Source: Eledone cirrhosa
Lineage: Eukaryota
Length of the DNA: 64,000 bases
Assembly (NCBI GenBank): GCA_964016885.1
Contig: CAXHJY010000158.1
Location: 25,780-89,779 of the forward strand
Reading direction: 5' to 3'
In this document: one piece after another, positions 1 to 13,617 of the stretch
How positions within the stretch are numbered: the first letter of the stretch is position 1
How the letters are laid out: each line of letters starts with the position of its first letter
Position numbers and translations under genes: made by a program
Notes under the pieces: model-generated
The model's database searches: none
What the model was told of the DNA's origin: nothing
The model's input: only the letters and a program-made list of their open reading frames with translations

Positions 1-314
1 GTGCAAAACCTATCCTGGAAACGACATCCCACCATGTCTAAAATCTATGGCAAACTCCCTCGAGCCTCTGCCCTTCTAAAATCCCGGAGAGCTCAATTTG
101 CTGGCCACTGTCACCGTGCCAGCAATGAAATCATATCCGATCTCTTGCTCTGGAACCCTGACTAGGAGTAGGAAGCTGTCATTCCCTGACGTTATCTCTA
201 GGGATACGGGAATCAGTAGACAGGACCTGGGGGCAGCGATGGGGAACAGGGAATTCTGGGGCATGAGAGTGAGATCCATCATCTCAACAGTAGTCGACGA
301 ATGATGATGATGAT
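1..314 (+). mobile_element. 3' end of an RTEX-like non-LTR retrotransposon (degenerate), runs off window start
   Basis: Frame 1 reads [54 protein letters not shown] shifted frame continues ...[25 protein letters not shown]...*. This resembles the RTE/RTEX C-terminus (FAGHC..R..E..S.LLW.P; DTG; M.DR..W). It ends in a (TGA)n tail joined to (TA)n. Confidence 0.7.
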
Positions 315-420
315 ATATACAAACATACATACATATATATAGATATATATATATACAAACATACATACAAACATACATACATATGTATATACAAACATAT
401 ATATATATATATATATACAA

Positions 421-463
<43 letters not shown>

Positions 464-1196
464 AACATACATATATATACAAACATACATACATATGTAT
501 ATACAAACATACATATATATATACAAACATACATATATATATACAAACACATATATATATATATATATAAACACATACATATATATATATACAAACACAC
601 ATATATATATATATATATACAAACACATACATATATATATATATACAAACATACATACATATATATACAAACACATACATATATATATATACAAACATAC
701 ATACATATATATATATACAAACATACATACATATATATATACACAAACATACATACATATATATATACAAACATACATATATATATATCATCATCGTTTA
801 ACGTCCATGTTCCACGCTTGCATGGGTTTGGACAGCAGTTTTCCCACTTGAGGCAAGAGTGGTTGTCTTGCTCGCATAGGACTGTCTGGCGGGTTTTCTA
901 CAGTTGGATGCCCTTCCTAACACCAACCACATTTACAGTGTGGGACTGGGAGGTTTTTACCGTGTTGCCTACACGGCCACATTACAGCGTGGACTGTGTG
1001 TTTTTTTTGTCGTGACACCTACACGATCTCATTTGTTTTGGCCTGGATATATATATATACAAATATACGTATATATATATATATACAAACATATATATAT
1101 ATACAAAGATACATATATACAAACATACATATATATACAAACATACATATATATATATATATACATACAAACATACATATATATATATATATATAC
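315..1196. repeat. Compound (TA)n microsatellite with recurring TACAAACA word, interrupted by an RTE 3'UTR fragment
   Basis: Direct reading; the same TACAAACA word occurs on both sides of the 788-1048 insertion. Confidence 0.95.
788..1048 (-). mobile_element. RTE family A, 3'UTR-only fragment
   Basis: Reverse complement of the terminal ~260 bp of the element at 32086-36150, including the (GAT)n tail. Confidence 0.9.
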
Positions 1197-1599
1197 TGCA
1201 AAATGTTACCAAATAGAAATTGTGAGGAGTGATTACAAAAATTACACTTGTAGTCCAAGCAAAATGTAATAGGTGTGTGTGTGTGCTTGTACTTTGAAAC
1301 CATAGTAGAAAATATCTGATTTACAACCACTTTGGGTTGGTGACATTTAACAGTTAGATGTTTAGTCAAATTGAGAATTCTTGTTACATACAGCATAATT
1401 CTTCCACTTCCTAGTCAACGAAAGATCTGGATGTTGGAATGAACTTCCGTCAGTTTCAATGATGATTTTTTCCAGTTGTTTGATTAATAGAACTGCTCAT
1501 GAAATTAACATATGACTAAGCATTAAATAGACACATGTACGTTTAATGCAATTCTCAGTGTGTGACATGATGGTCTTTTGAATTACAAGTACAGTCTAT

Positions 1600-1757
1600 C
1601 CGATGGGCTTCCAAACAGTTTCTGTCAACCCAATTTCACTGAGACATCACAGGTTGACCAGAGGCTATCGTATATGACATTTGCCCAAGATGCCACACGG
1701 TGGGATTGAACCCAAGAACCAATATCTGTGAAGTGTACTTCTAAGCCAGTCGACCAG
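1600..1757 (-). mobile_element. Degenerate tRNA-derived SINE
   Basis: gacatttgcccaagatgccacacggtgggattgaaccc is the reverse complement of a B-box-containing SINE head (GGTTCAATCCC). A more decayed relative lies at ~18600-18745. Confidence 0.55.
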
Positions 1758-1782
1758 ATATATATATATATATAACAAAAAA

Positions 1783-4616
1783 CAAAAAAACAAGACAATC
1801 ACTTGATCACCTACAGATCAGGGGAACATACCAGCCAGGTAGATTATATCCTTACCAGAAGACGTGACAGAGTGTCTGTTGTAAACACTAAATCCCTCCC
1901 CCATGAAGAATGCACCTCCCAACATAGACTCATAATTAGCGACCTCATAGTCAGGACGAGACGTACTCGACAGCAGAAGAGGACTATCCTCAGGAGAAGA
2001 ATATGGAAGCTAAAGGACCCCACAGCCAGAAATAAATTTAAAAGCATATTACTTGATGCTTTCGACAGTAAGGAAGAGCATTTAGAGTCGTACAATATAG
2101 AGGAACAGTGGGAATTCCTGAAAGCAAACCTGCTGATGGCGGCAGACAAAGTCTGTGGCTGGAGCAGGCCTATAGGCAGGAGGAGAGTAACATGGTGGTG
2201 GAACAGTAAGGTGGAGGAGACAATTAAGGCCAAAAAGCAGGCTTGGAAAGTATGGCAGGATGGGGGAAGTAGAGAAGACTATCAAGTGGCTAGGAGACAA
2301 GTGTACTTCGCAAGAAGAGAAGCAGAGGAAAGAAAGTTCAAGCATGTTCTACAACGCGAGGACCAAAAACGTGAGGTGTTCAGGATTGCTAGGCAATGTG
2401 TCAAGGAAAACCGTGATATTGTCGGGGAGAAGTGTGTCCTTAATGATGATGGTGTACTTGCCATCACTGATGCTGATAAGAAGGTAGCTTGGAAGTGTCA
2501 CTACGAAAGGCTACTAAATGAGGAGAATAAATGGGAGACACTCCCCCACATCCACCCAATAGAGGGACCAGCAGTGTTAGTCGAAGGTAGTATAATAAGC
2601 AAGGCAATCAAAGATATGAAGACGGGTAAGGTGGCTGGGCCTTCGGAAATAGTTGCTGAAATGCTGAAAGCTTCTGGAACGGTGGGACACATCATGGTCA
2701 CCCGGATAGTAAACCAAGTCATACAGAATGGGGTCGTTCCGAAGGACTGGCGTAGCAGCATCATCATTAACTGCTACAAGGGTAAAGGAGATGCCCAAGA
2801 TAGGAGTAACTATAGAGGCATTAAATTAATCGACCAGGTCATGAAGGTCACAGAAAAAGTAATAGCGCAACTAATCAGAGAGAGAATTGATCTAGATGAA
2901 ATGCAGTTCGGGTTTGTGTCAGGTAAAAGTACCACAGATGCTCTTTTCATTGTACGACAACTACAGGAGAAGTACCTAGCTAAAAGTAAACCCCTATACT
3001 TAGCTTTTGTCGACTTGGAGAAAGCCTTCGACAGAGTCCCCCGTTCCATTATCTAGTGGTCTCTTAGAAAACTAGGTGTTGATGAATGGTTTGTGAGAGC
3101 TATACAAGCCATGTATAAAGAAATAGTTAGCAAGGTTAGAATTAACAATGAATATAGTGAAGAGTTTAGCGTAAAAGTTGGTGTTCATCAGGGCTCCGTT
3201 CTTAGCCCCCTACTATTTATTATTGCCCTTCAGGCTATAACAGTGGAGTTCAAGACCGGCTGCCCATGGGAACTCCTATACGCAGATGATCTAACGCTCA
3301 TAGCTGAATCAATGGCCGAACTAGAGCAGAAATTCCAAACATGGAAGCACGGCCTAGAATCAAAAGGCCTTAAAATTAACCTGGCTAAGACTAAAGTTCT
3401 AGTTTGTAGGAAGGAAAATAGGGCGGCGGTCCCATCCGAGATATGGCCATGCTCAGTGTGTAGGAAAGGAGTAGGTAGAAACTCCATTTTATGTCACAAA
3501 TGTAAAGTATGGGTGCATAAAAGATGTAGTGGGATCACAGGTAAGCTAACTAAAAACATAGATTTTACATGTGACCGGTGCTCTGGTGCAATAAGTAGCA
3601 GCAAGTGCCCACAGAATACTAGCTCTTTCAATTGCACAGAGGGTTCTATAGAAATAGTGAACAGCTTCCGTTACCTGGGTGACAAAATCAGCAGTGGGGG
3701 AGGGTGCTCTGAAAGTACAGTAGCTAGAGTCAGAACTGGATGGAAAAAGTTCAGAGAGCTTATACCACTATTAGTCGCTAAAGGGTTCTCCCTAAAAATG
3801 AAAGGCAGACTGTATGATGCCTGCATATGAACAGCAATGTTGCATGGCAGTGAGACCCGGGCATTGTGTGCGGAGGATATACGCAGACTAGAGAGGAACG
3901 AAGCTTGCATGCTCCGCTGGATGTGTAATAGTAATATTCGTGAACGGCAAAGCATTAATGAACTAAGGGAAAAATTAGAAATAAGAGGGATCAGATGTTG
4001 TTTACTCGAGAGAAGGCTACGTTGGTATGGTCACGTGATGCGCATGAAAGACGACAGCTGTATAAAAAAGTGCAGAGCAATAAAAATAGACGGTAGCCAC
4101 GGAGTAGGCAGACCCAGAAAAACCTGGGACGACTTGATAAATTCCGACCTCACACACTTACACCTCTCCAAGACAATGTCACTGGACCGAGATCTTTGGC
4201 GGTACACAGTAATAGAGAAGACCCGCCTTACCTAAATACAAAGTAAAACCTACTACAGTCAGTAGGCACCTCGAACAAAATACACCCCCGTCCCACTACC
4301 CCCACCCCATCCACACCGCCCCTTCCAATGTAAAGTTATGTTGATACCACAACATCCAGGCCGAAACAAATGAGGTCGTGTAGGTGTCACGACGAAAAAA
4401 AACACAGTCCACGCTGTAATGTGGCCGTGTAGGTAACACGGTAAAAACCTCCCAGTTCCACACTGTAAATGTGGTTGGTGTGGGGAAGGGCATCCAGCCG
4501 TAGAAAACCCGCCAGACAGTCCTATGCGAGCAAGACAACCACTCTTGCCTCAAGTGGGAAAATTCCCGTCCAAACCCATGCAAGCGTGGAATATGGACGT
4601 TAAACAATGATGATGA

Positions 4617-4620
<4 letters not shown>
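1783..4620 (+). mobile_element. RTE family A, 5'-truncated copy (partial APE + RT pseudogene)
   Basis: ORF pieces 1803-3056, 3093-3830 and 3837-4235 are colinear with the intact ORF at 32584-35754. Premature stops at 3054 (TGG>TAG) and 3828 (CGA>TGA). YADD, 3'UTR and (GAT)n tail present. Confidence 0.95.
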
Positions 4621-4658
<38 letters not shown>

Positions 4659-6087
4659 GATGGCTGCAACTAGAATTCGAGTAATGCCATCGCTTGATAC
4701 TTAAGCATGAGCATCACGGATGTGGCTTTTTAGACCTGCTAGGTACTTGCCTATGGCCAGCAATACCATGCATAGCAAAAAATGTCACATATCAAGTGAT
4801 GCCTGCGCTTGAAGCCTTTTTAAGTGAGGAAAGGCTTTGAACTGGTCTACATCATTGGATGCAAACAATGTCGCAGGTATTATATCAGAGTGACCTTCTC
4901 CTAGAGAGATGTCTTAATGAAGACTAGGAGTCTCTTGTTCCACAAAAAAAAAAAATATATATATATGTATATATATATATATAAAAGCTAGAAAAGCAAT
5001 AAGAAATGAAAACTTATACAGCGTGTGGGGACAAACTTGAATTTTAGATGGTTGAGAAAAAGTTATTGGTGTTAAGGGCCCATGTCAAACCTATAATCAA
5101 AGGCAATCAAGTCATGACACTCCTCTCTTTCTAAGGGTATATAGGATCATATTATCTAATGTGTCCTTTGTCATATTTCAGATGCTAGAATGTGATTTGC
5201 AGGCTATGCGGCTGCTATTTCTAGCAAGACAGGTACAGTATCAGCAAAAAAAAAAAAAAAAAAAAAGGAGAATGTAAATGAATACTATTACACACACACA
5301 CACGCAAGCAGCAGATGTAAAGAGAGAGGAGTAGTATGAGGTAGTAAAACTACTACTCTCTCTCTCTGTGTTGACAGAATTGCAAAAATTTATATATAGA
5401 TAAAACATTTTTATGGGCTACCTTACTTATGAGTACCTCTCTCTTTCACCCTCTTCTCGTGATTAGGAACAAAAAAATGTGACATTTTTATTAGTTGGTA
5501 CCTGCTGTTACTGATGGTCACTACAATCATGCAAGCATGTTCACATACACCATAACAAGATTCACCTTTAATATGGGTTCTCAGTTTGAAGTCATGTCAT
5601 TTCAGCGTGGGAAATTAACATATTTTGGAAGTTTAAATATTTCCAAATATATCTTGGGTCACTTTATTTAGGAAGGGATGGTTGGGATTTTCAGTCATAC
5701 TCTCAGAAACAGCTAAAAGCTTGATAGCCATTTAAAATTTTTGCATCTGTTGCACATCACCATCCTCTGACTTTCATTTATCTATCTACACATCATCATC
5801 ATCGTTTAACATCCATTTTCCACGAACTGATTTTGGCTTGGTTTCTATGGCTGGATGCCCTTCCTAACACCAACCACATTTATGCAGACATTCACACCCA
5901 TATGTACACACCGAAAGATATATACACTCATATATGCACACACAACTTTAGTACAGATATTTTGATGAAAAGAAATTGACATTATATCAAGTGAATACTG
6001 GAATGTAAAGATTTTCAATTGTTCAAACCATCATTTTATTCACTAAGATGGATTTCAAAAACACTCCCATATATATATATATATATA

Positions 6088-6980
6088 CAGGGTGCGGACG
6101 ACATCTGTTCGCAATTTTCAACTGCTAATTTTATGCAAATTATTTTTACTTCCGTTGTCACTCTTGTCTTCATAAAAACAGTGACTATATTTCCATTATT
6201 TATTTTCAGAATAATTGATTATGAATAATTTTGAACCTCCAAATTTGTGGAAGAGACACGGAGTTCTTCTTGGAATCCGCGCCGGGAGGACAAATAAGGA
6301 AATTGCAGACTTTCTCAGCGTCAGCAGAAGAATGGTGTCTCATCCAAAGACGTGCCCAGAGTCATGCAGACAAAGTTTCCTGCGACAACATTGGTCTTAG
6401 GTGTCGTCAGCAGTCAAGGTGACGTTATGTCACCTCACTTCTTCCCTGAGAGTCTCAAGCTGAACACCGATGGCTACATCTGCGTTCTGAGCGAGGTAGT
6501 AAAGCCCTGGATCGACCAGGTAGCTGCAGATAGGCCGTACGTGTAGCAGCAAGTCTCAGCGCCCTGCCATACCAGCCGAAAGACCCAAGCCTGGCTGTCA
6601 GAGAACTTCATCGACCACACTTCACCTGACATCTGGCTTCCCAGCTCGCCTGACTGCAACCCCCTCGACTTCTTTGTGTGGGGTGTAGTGGAACGAGACA
6701 CCAACAGATCTAGCTGCAATATGAAAGACGATCTGAAGGCCAAGATCACAAGTGCCTTTAGGGGCCTAAGCCGGGGTACAGTGACGAAGGCCTGTAGCCG
6801 GTTCCAAGGCCGCCTTGAGGTCGTCATCAAAGCCAATCGCGGGTTTATCAAGTGAGATCGAAAGAACAAGTCATGAAGACAAACTGACTCAAGTTTGATA
6901 AATATATCTTAAAAAAATAAAACTACTGTGTTATTTTTTCCTAGACAGTCATCTTGCGAACAAGTATCGTCTGCACCCTG
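6088..6980 (+). mobile_element. Tc1/mariner superfamily DD37D (maT-type) DNA transposon, internally deleted and inactive
   Basis: Imperfect ~27-bp TIRs: CAGGGTGCGGACGACATCTGTTCGCAA at 6088 and ttgcgaacaagtatcgtctgcaccctg ending at 6980. TA precedes the left end. An N-terminal HTH remnant (…GRTNKEIADFLSVSRRMV) is joined to the catalytic C-half (…PYV*QQVSAPCHT…WLPSSPDCNPLDFFVWG…). There are 37 residues between the second D position (here V) and the third D. Confidence 0.9.
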
Positions 6981-6984
6981 TGTG

Positions 6985-7024
<40 letters not shown>

Positions 7025-7279
7025 AAAATGCAGTGAACTCATGAACTTTGCTGTGCTTCTAATTTCCCTTCTTCACTCTCCCCTTATATTTAGTTTTCAA
7101 GTATCACTCTCGCAAACCCCTCTTGCATGCATTTAATTTATTTGTTAACATGTGATATATACTAGGGATATATATAGCTTATGATATATAAAACATGTAA
7201 TCCCTGTGATCAAGCCTGACTATAGGGATTACATGTTTTAAATTAATATCTGGGTGCTGAAAAATGTGTTCAGCACACC

Positions 7280-7318
<39 letters not shown>

Positions 7319-7668
7319 AATTATTGTGTAAAGTGCTCAGGTGCACTACAACTATAAGGTGGCGGGTGCTTAGGAAGGAATAGGGAGCATAATGAGTAAG
7401 ACTGGTTGCTCTTACTCGGGTGTGCCTTGGACTTTGACAACCCTTCCAACCCTTGGCAAAGAGCAAAGGGGATGTAAAAATGAAGATCATTTACATTCTA
7501 CTTACTTTAAAATATATAATACTAAGTTGAATAACTGATTAGTCTCAATTAGTAACATCGTATCCATATATATATGAGTGCGTGTATGTTTATATCTATA
7601 CGTATATGAAAGGGCTCTTGATGGGAGTTGTAGGAGCGTATTTTAAACTATATATATATATATATATA

Positions 7669-8166
7669 TCATCATCATCATCATCAACGTTTAACGTCCG
7701 TGTTCCACGCTTGCATGGGTTTGGACGGGGGTAGTCCCACTTGAGGCAAGAGTGATTGTCTTGCTCGCATAGGACTGTCTGGCAGGTTTTCTACAGTTGG
7801 ATGCCCTTCCTAACACCAACCACATTTACAGTGTGGGTCTGGGAGGTTTTTACCGTGTTGCCTACACGGCCACATTACAGCGTGGACTGTGTGTTTTTTT
7901 TGTCGTGACACCTACACGATCTCATTTGTTTCGGCCTCGATGGCGCGGCACCAACATAACTTTACATAGAACGGGGTGGTGTGGATGGGGTGGGGGTGGT
8001 GGTGGTGGGACGGGGTGTATTTTGTTAGAGATGCCTACTGGCTGGAGTAGGTTTTACTATATATTTAGGTAAGGCGGGTCTTCTCTGTTTCTGAGTACCG
8101 CCAAAGGTCTCGGTCCAGTGACATTGTCTTGAAGAGGTGTAAGTGTGTGATGTCGGAGTTTGTCAG
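7669..8166 (-). mobile_element. RTE family A, 3' fragment
   Basis: Reverse complement of the ORF end (…SDITHLHL…EKTRLT*) plus 3'UTR. Shares the diagnostic variant ggcctcgatggcgcggcacc with the full-length copy. Confidence 0.92.
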
Positions 8167-8175
8167 ATATATATG

Positions 8176-8206
<31 letters not shown>

Positions 8207-8217
8207 GTATATATATG

Positions 8218-8274
<57 letters not shown>

Positions 8275-8317
8275 GTATATATATGTATATATATATATAT
8301 ATGTATATATATGTATA

Positions 8318-8358
<41 letters not shown>

Positions 8359-8359
8359 G

Positions 8360-8392
<33 letters not shown>

Positions 8393-8393
8393 G

Positions 8394-10738
8394 TCATTAT
8401 CATCATCATCATCATCACCGTTTTACGTCCGTTCTTTCACGCTAGCATGGGTTAGACGGGTTGTCCTGTTGTGGGCAGTGTCTGGTCGGCTGACCATGCC
8501 TTGCTCATACAGGAACTGATCTGGCTTGATTTCTACAGCTGGATGCCCTTCCTAACACCAACCTCATTTACAGTGAGTGCTGGGTGCTTTTTCGTGGCGC
8601 CTACACGTCCACTTTACAGTGTGGGCTGGGTGCTTTTTTGCCGTGGCACCTCCACGACCACCTTGCGGTGGGGGGGGGGGGGGGGGCATATTGTTTATAT
8701 GCTTCAGCATGTACCCATGGGAGGTCGGGTACCCTGTATTACTGCGTGACGCCAGAAGTCACGGTCGTGTGTCATTGACTTTGAGAGGTGTAGTTGGGTA
8801 AGGTCGGCTTTTATCACCTCATCCCAAGTCATCTTGGGTCTCCCCACTCCGCGGTTTCCATCAACTTCTAGTGCTCTGCACCTTTTTATGCAGCTGTCAT
8901 CCTTCATACGCATCACATGTCCATACCAGCATAACCGCCTCTCCTGCACGCAGCATTTGATTCCTCTTATGCTCAGTCTCTCTCTCAATTCATTTATGCT
9001 TTGTCGTTCACGTATATTACTGTTACACATCCATCGGAGCATGCAGGCTTCGTTTCTCTCTAATCTACGTAAGTCTTCCACCTTCAGCGCCAAGGTCTCA
9101 CTACCATGCAACATCGCTGTTCGGATACACGCATCATACAGTCTGCCTTTCATTCTGAGGGAGAAGCCTTTTGCAGCTAGCAGTGGTAGTAGTTCCCTAA
9201 ACTTCTTCCATCCCGTTCTTACCCTAGTTATTGTACTTTCTGAGCACCCACCTCCGTTGCTAATTCGGTCACCTAGGTAGCAGAAGCTGTCTACTGTTTC
9301 TACAGGGCCCTCCCAGAGATTGGTGGTACTTGTTTCCTGTGGCTGTTTGCTTGCTGTTTCAGCACAGCTGCTGCATGTGAATCCTACATTCTTAATTAAG
9401 CTTCCTGAGATCCCGCTACATCTCTTGTGTACCCATTGTTTGCATTTGGGGCAAAGAATGGAGTTCCTACCTACACCTTTCCTACATACTGAGCAAGGCC
9501 ATTTCCCTGAGGGGATCTGGGTTCTGTTTTCTCGTCTACTTATAAGGACCTTAGTCTTTGTCATGTTGACTTTGAGGCCCTTCCTCTCTAGTCCCTGCTT
9601 CCAGGTTTGGAATTTATTCTCTAGTTCTACCATAGATTCAGCTATGAGTGCGAGGTCATCAGCATACAGGAGTTCCCATGGGCATCCGGTCTTAAACTCC
9701 TCCGTTATTGCCTGCAGGACTATGATGAACAGGAGAGGGCTAAGAACAGAGCCCTGGTGGACCCCAACCTGTACGCTAAATTCCTCGCTATACTCATTGC
9801 CAATCCTAACTTTGCTGACTGCTCCCCTATACATGGCTTGTACCGCTTTCACAAGCCATTCATCTACTCCTAGTTTTCTAAGAGCCCACCAGATTACTGC
9901 ACGTGGAACTCTGTCAAAGGCTTTCTCAAGGTCGACAAATGCCAAGTAGAGTGGCTTACTTTTAGCTAGGTACTTTTCCTGTAATTGCCTCACAAGGAAG
10001 AGCGCATCAGTGGTGCCTTTCCCTGGTACAAACCCAAATTGCATCTCGTCTATATTCACCCGGTCCCTAATCAGCTGTGCTATAACTCTTTCTGTTACTT
10101 TCATGACCTGGTCCATCAACTTTATACCTCTATAGTTTCCTCTATCTAGTGCATCGCCTTTACCTTTGTAGCAGTTGACAATGATGCTACTGCACCAATC
10201 TTTTGGTATGGCCCCCTCTAGTATTACCTGGTTAACGATACGTGTGGTTATAGTGTGACCTACAGACCCAGATGCCTTCAGCATCTCGGCAGCTATACCC
10301 GATGGACCGGTTGCCTTCCCTATCTTCATATCTCTGATTGCCTTACTTACTACGCTGCCGCTGACTTGTACTGCTGGTCCCTCTATAGGGTCTACGTGGG
10401 GTAGGGTCTCTTCTTCCCATGCATTCTCCTCATTTAGTAATCTATCATAATGACTCTTCCATGCATCTTTCTTCTCAGCACTTGTGAGGGCAAGCTCACC
10501 TTTATCATTCCGGATACACTTCTCTCCAATGACATCACAACTATCTCTGACACACTGCCTCGCAATCTTGAATACCTCCTGTTTCTGGTCCTCACGTTGT
10601 AAAACATGCTTGAATTTTCTATCCTCTGCTTCCCTCCTAGCTAAGTATACTTGTCGCCTAGCTTCCCTCTTGGTCTCTATGTAATGTACCCTGCTCCCCC
10701 CGTTCTTCCATTCTTTCCATGCCTGTCTCTTGGCCTTA
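8394..10738 (-). mobile_element. RTE family B, 5'-truncated copy with uninterrupted RT reading frame
   Basis: ORF 8704-10738 contains LAFVDLEKAFDRV, GVHQGSVLSP, LLYADD, a PHD-like Cys cluster and FCYLG. No endonuclease domain. Distinct 3'UTR and (GAT)n tail. Confidence 0.93.
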
Positions 10739-11307
10739 AAAGGTAAACACAAATAACAACACAATCGGTACAGCATATGGAAGGTATATATTAGGTTAAC
10801 GCTTGATATAGCAGGAAGAGGGTCTTAACGTTTTGGACACTAGTCATTCATCAGAAGAAAGAATGAGAAATAAAATAGATTGAGGGGACGGCCGGGAATT
10901 GGAAAAAATGTACTAGTGTGGGAGTGAAAAATAGACGGGTGAGAAGAAGGTGGTGTAAGAAGATTGTAGTAGAGGAAAAGTGGTAGAGAGTTGTGGAATA
11001 TTTAAATGCAAGAAGCAAAGAAAATTTCAAAGATACGAAAGATTTCCTGGTGGAAGTTCAGGTGTACTCCGGGTTGGTATCCAGTTTCGAGGTGAAAGTC
11101 CAATCAGAAAATCCAATGAATTTTGAGAGGTCCACATAAGCGTTGATATATATATATATGTATGTAAAAGGTAAACAGAAATAACAACACAATCGGTACA
11201 GTATATGGAAGGTACATACATATTAGGTTAACGTTTGAATAGCAGAAAAAGGGTCTTAATGTTTTGGACACTAGTCCTTCATCAGAAGAAAGAATGAGAA
11301 ATAAAAT
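10739..11307 (-). mobile_element. Penelope-like element 3'/pseudo-LTR remnant with ~140-bp direct repeats, each containing a decayed hammerhead
   Basis: 10739-10876 is repeated at 11166-11307. On the minus strand each copy has CTGATGA-a(g/t)gac tagt gtcc-AAAAC (GAAAC mutated). Between them is a decayed frame (…KIHWIF*LDFHLETGYQPG…) weakly resembling a PLE GIY-YIG C-terminus. Confidence 0.55.
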
Positions 11308-12027
11308 CATCATCATCAACGTTTAACGTCCGTGTTCCACGCTTGCATGAGTTTGGACGGGGGTTTTCCCACTTGAGGCAAGAGTGATTGTCTTGCTCGC
11401 ATAGGACTGTCTGGCAGGTTTTCTACAGTTGGATGCCCTTCCTAACACCAACCACATTTACAGTGTGGGGCTGGGAGGTTTTTACCGTGTTGCCTACACG
11501 GCCACATTACAGCGTGGACTGTGTGTTTTTTTGTCGTGACACCTACACAATCTCATTTGTTTCGGCCTGGATGTTGTGGTATCAACATAACTTTACATAG
11601 AAAGGGGCGGTGTGGATGGGGTGGGGGTGGTGGGACGGGGGTGTATTTTGTTAGCGATGCCTACTGACTGTAGTAGGTTTTACTATGTATTTAGGTAAGG
11701 CGGGTCTTCTCTATTACTGAGTACCGCCAAAGGTCTCGGTCCAGTGACATTGTCTTGGAGAGGTGTAAGTGTGTGAGGTCGGAGTTTATCAGCTCGTCCC
11801 AGGTTTTTCTAGGTCTGCCTATTCCGTGGCTACCGTCTATCTTTATTGCCCTGCACTTTGTTATACAGCTATCGACTTTCATGCGCATCACGTGTCCATA
11901 CCAACGTAGCCTTCTCTCGAGTAAACAACATCTGATCCCTCTTATTTCTAATTTTTTCTTTAGTTCGTTTATGCTTTGCCGTTCGCGTATATTACTATTA
12001 CACATCCAGCGGAGCATGCAAGCTTCG
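11307..12027 (-). mobile_element. RTE family A, 3' fragment
   Basis: ORF 11691-12017 matches the family A C-terminus; 3'UTR and tail present. Confidence 0.92.
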
Positions 12028-13416
12028 AATATATATATATAAAGAGAGAGAGGACATGAAGTTGGCAGAAGTGTTTTTTATAGACAGGTGGTTTTTTTTT
12101 AGTTACTCATCTGTGAAGTGTGAAATCTTACCTAGGCAGCCCATAGCTAAAGCCTCTCTCCATTGCCATCCCCAGTTTAGCAGAGCTAACTTATGTTGAG
12201 AAAATTACTACTGCTGCTACTACTACTACATGGAACCAAGGAGAGAGAGCTTTAACGTGGTTGCTTGCTGTGCTGGAAATAGCAACCAAGTCCCTCAACT
12301 CACATCTACCACTATGAAAAAGACTATATACATATATTGTGAGTAAAGAATGGCTGAGGCTGCATGGGTTCTCTTTGGCTAGCCACATAAACCAAATGTT
12401 TGCGTGTACGTATATTTATGTACAAATGTATATTTCATCCACCACTTTATCCTGCCAATCCAACCAACATTTTTATTAACCCCCTATACACTCACCTCCA
12501 CATTCATCACCTGCCTCACATTGGCCAGTTAATATTCTATAACGATATCCACTACCAACCTTTATTGCCTTTTTCTTTCACACAGACATATCTCCACCCC
12601 ACCCTGAAATGTTAGTTCTTGTCTGATGACCCTGTGATTCCAGAGTAACAAGACTCGCTATTCACCCTTAATAAAATGAATATACATTTTCTCCAGTGGC
12701 AACCTGGTACTGAGGAGGGTAAACTTTCAAAATATCAGTCACTCTCTGACAGGTTTGTGGTTGAGCCCAAAGCAGTGGAGATCTGGTTTTCTTGGCCTTA
12801 GAACCACTTCCCTACTCACCACCATTGGCACAGAGTTGGCTACCTGCAGGTGAGAGCCTCATGAGTTGGAATGGCTCTTCCAACGTATCTCCCTCACCAT
12901 CCTCCAGGGAAATTCCTTCTCTATTCTGTCTGCTGGGATCGTGAGGCCGCTGGTGTGTGGGCTCCCATTTGCATATAATAGTGAGAAATGGGAAAAGCGA
13001 GAGAGAGAACATCAACGCACACATTTTCCAGTTTGAGTATTTTGGTTTATCAGTCATAAGGATACATACAGTTGTTGGTACAAACAAAGAAAAGAGCAAT
13101 CAACATGAAATATAGAAGTTGAATATTTATATTTGACTGAACTTTATACTACCAATGCTGGTAGTGCAGAGTTAAGTCAAAATCAAACTGTTAATATATA
13201 TAATGCTTTTGAATAAAAAGATAACATTGTATTTGTTCTGCTGAGCTACAAAGAAACTCCCTTATGATTACCACGAATCAACTGCAGTGACAGTGAACGA
13301 GTGGCTTGTTGGAAACCTGTAACCAACGTTATTGTTCACTCAATGTGATATAAAATAAAGAAATAATTATGGAATTTACAAATGGTTTAGCCACAACATT
13401 ATATTTACTATATATA

Positions 13417-13617
13417 GGTAGGTGCCATGACAAAAAGCACCCAGCACACACTGTAAATGTGGTTGGTGTTAGGAAGGGCATCCAGCTGTAGAAACCTAGC
13501 CTGAAACAGTTCTGTACGAGCAAGATATGGTCACCTGACCCAACTTGCTTCAAATGGAACAACCCATCTAACCCATACTAGCATGGAAAGTGGATGTTAA
13601 ATGACCATGATGATGAT
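13417..13617 (+). mobile_element. SINE/RTE shared 3' module fragment
   Basis: aaaaagcacccagcacacactgtaaatgtggttggtgttaggaagggcatccagctgtagaaa…aacccatactagcatggaaagtggatgttaaa…gatgatgat. A shorter relative is at 5790-5880 (-). Confidence 0.7.

Noticed and set aside
3828-3830. In-frame TGA at the same RT codon in two copies (3828 and 44705) as possible selenocysteine or readthrough
   Set aside because: The intact copy has CGA and another copy has CAA there, the pattern expected from CpG deamination on either strand.
8834-9949. Antisense ORFs overlapping RTE/Tx1 coding regions (many similar ones throughout)
   Set aside because: Shadow frames of the LINE ORFs with no independent homology.
12753-12990. 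GC-richer patch with possible splice sites (ctgacag…cag/gtgaga) or minus-strand ORF 12812-13099
   Set aside because: No recognisable protein similarity in any frame; could equally be an old repeat.
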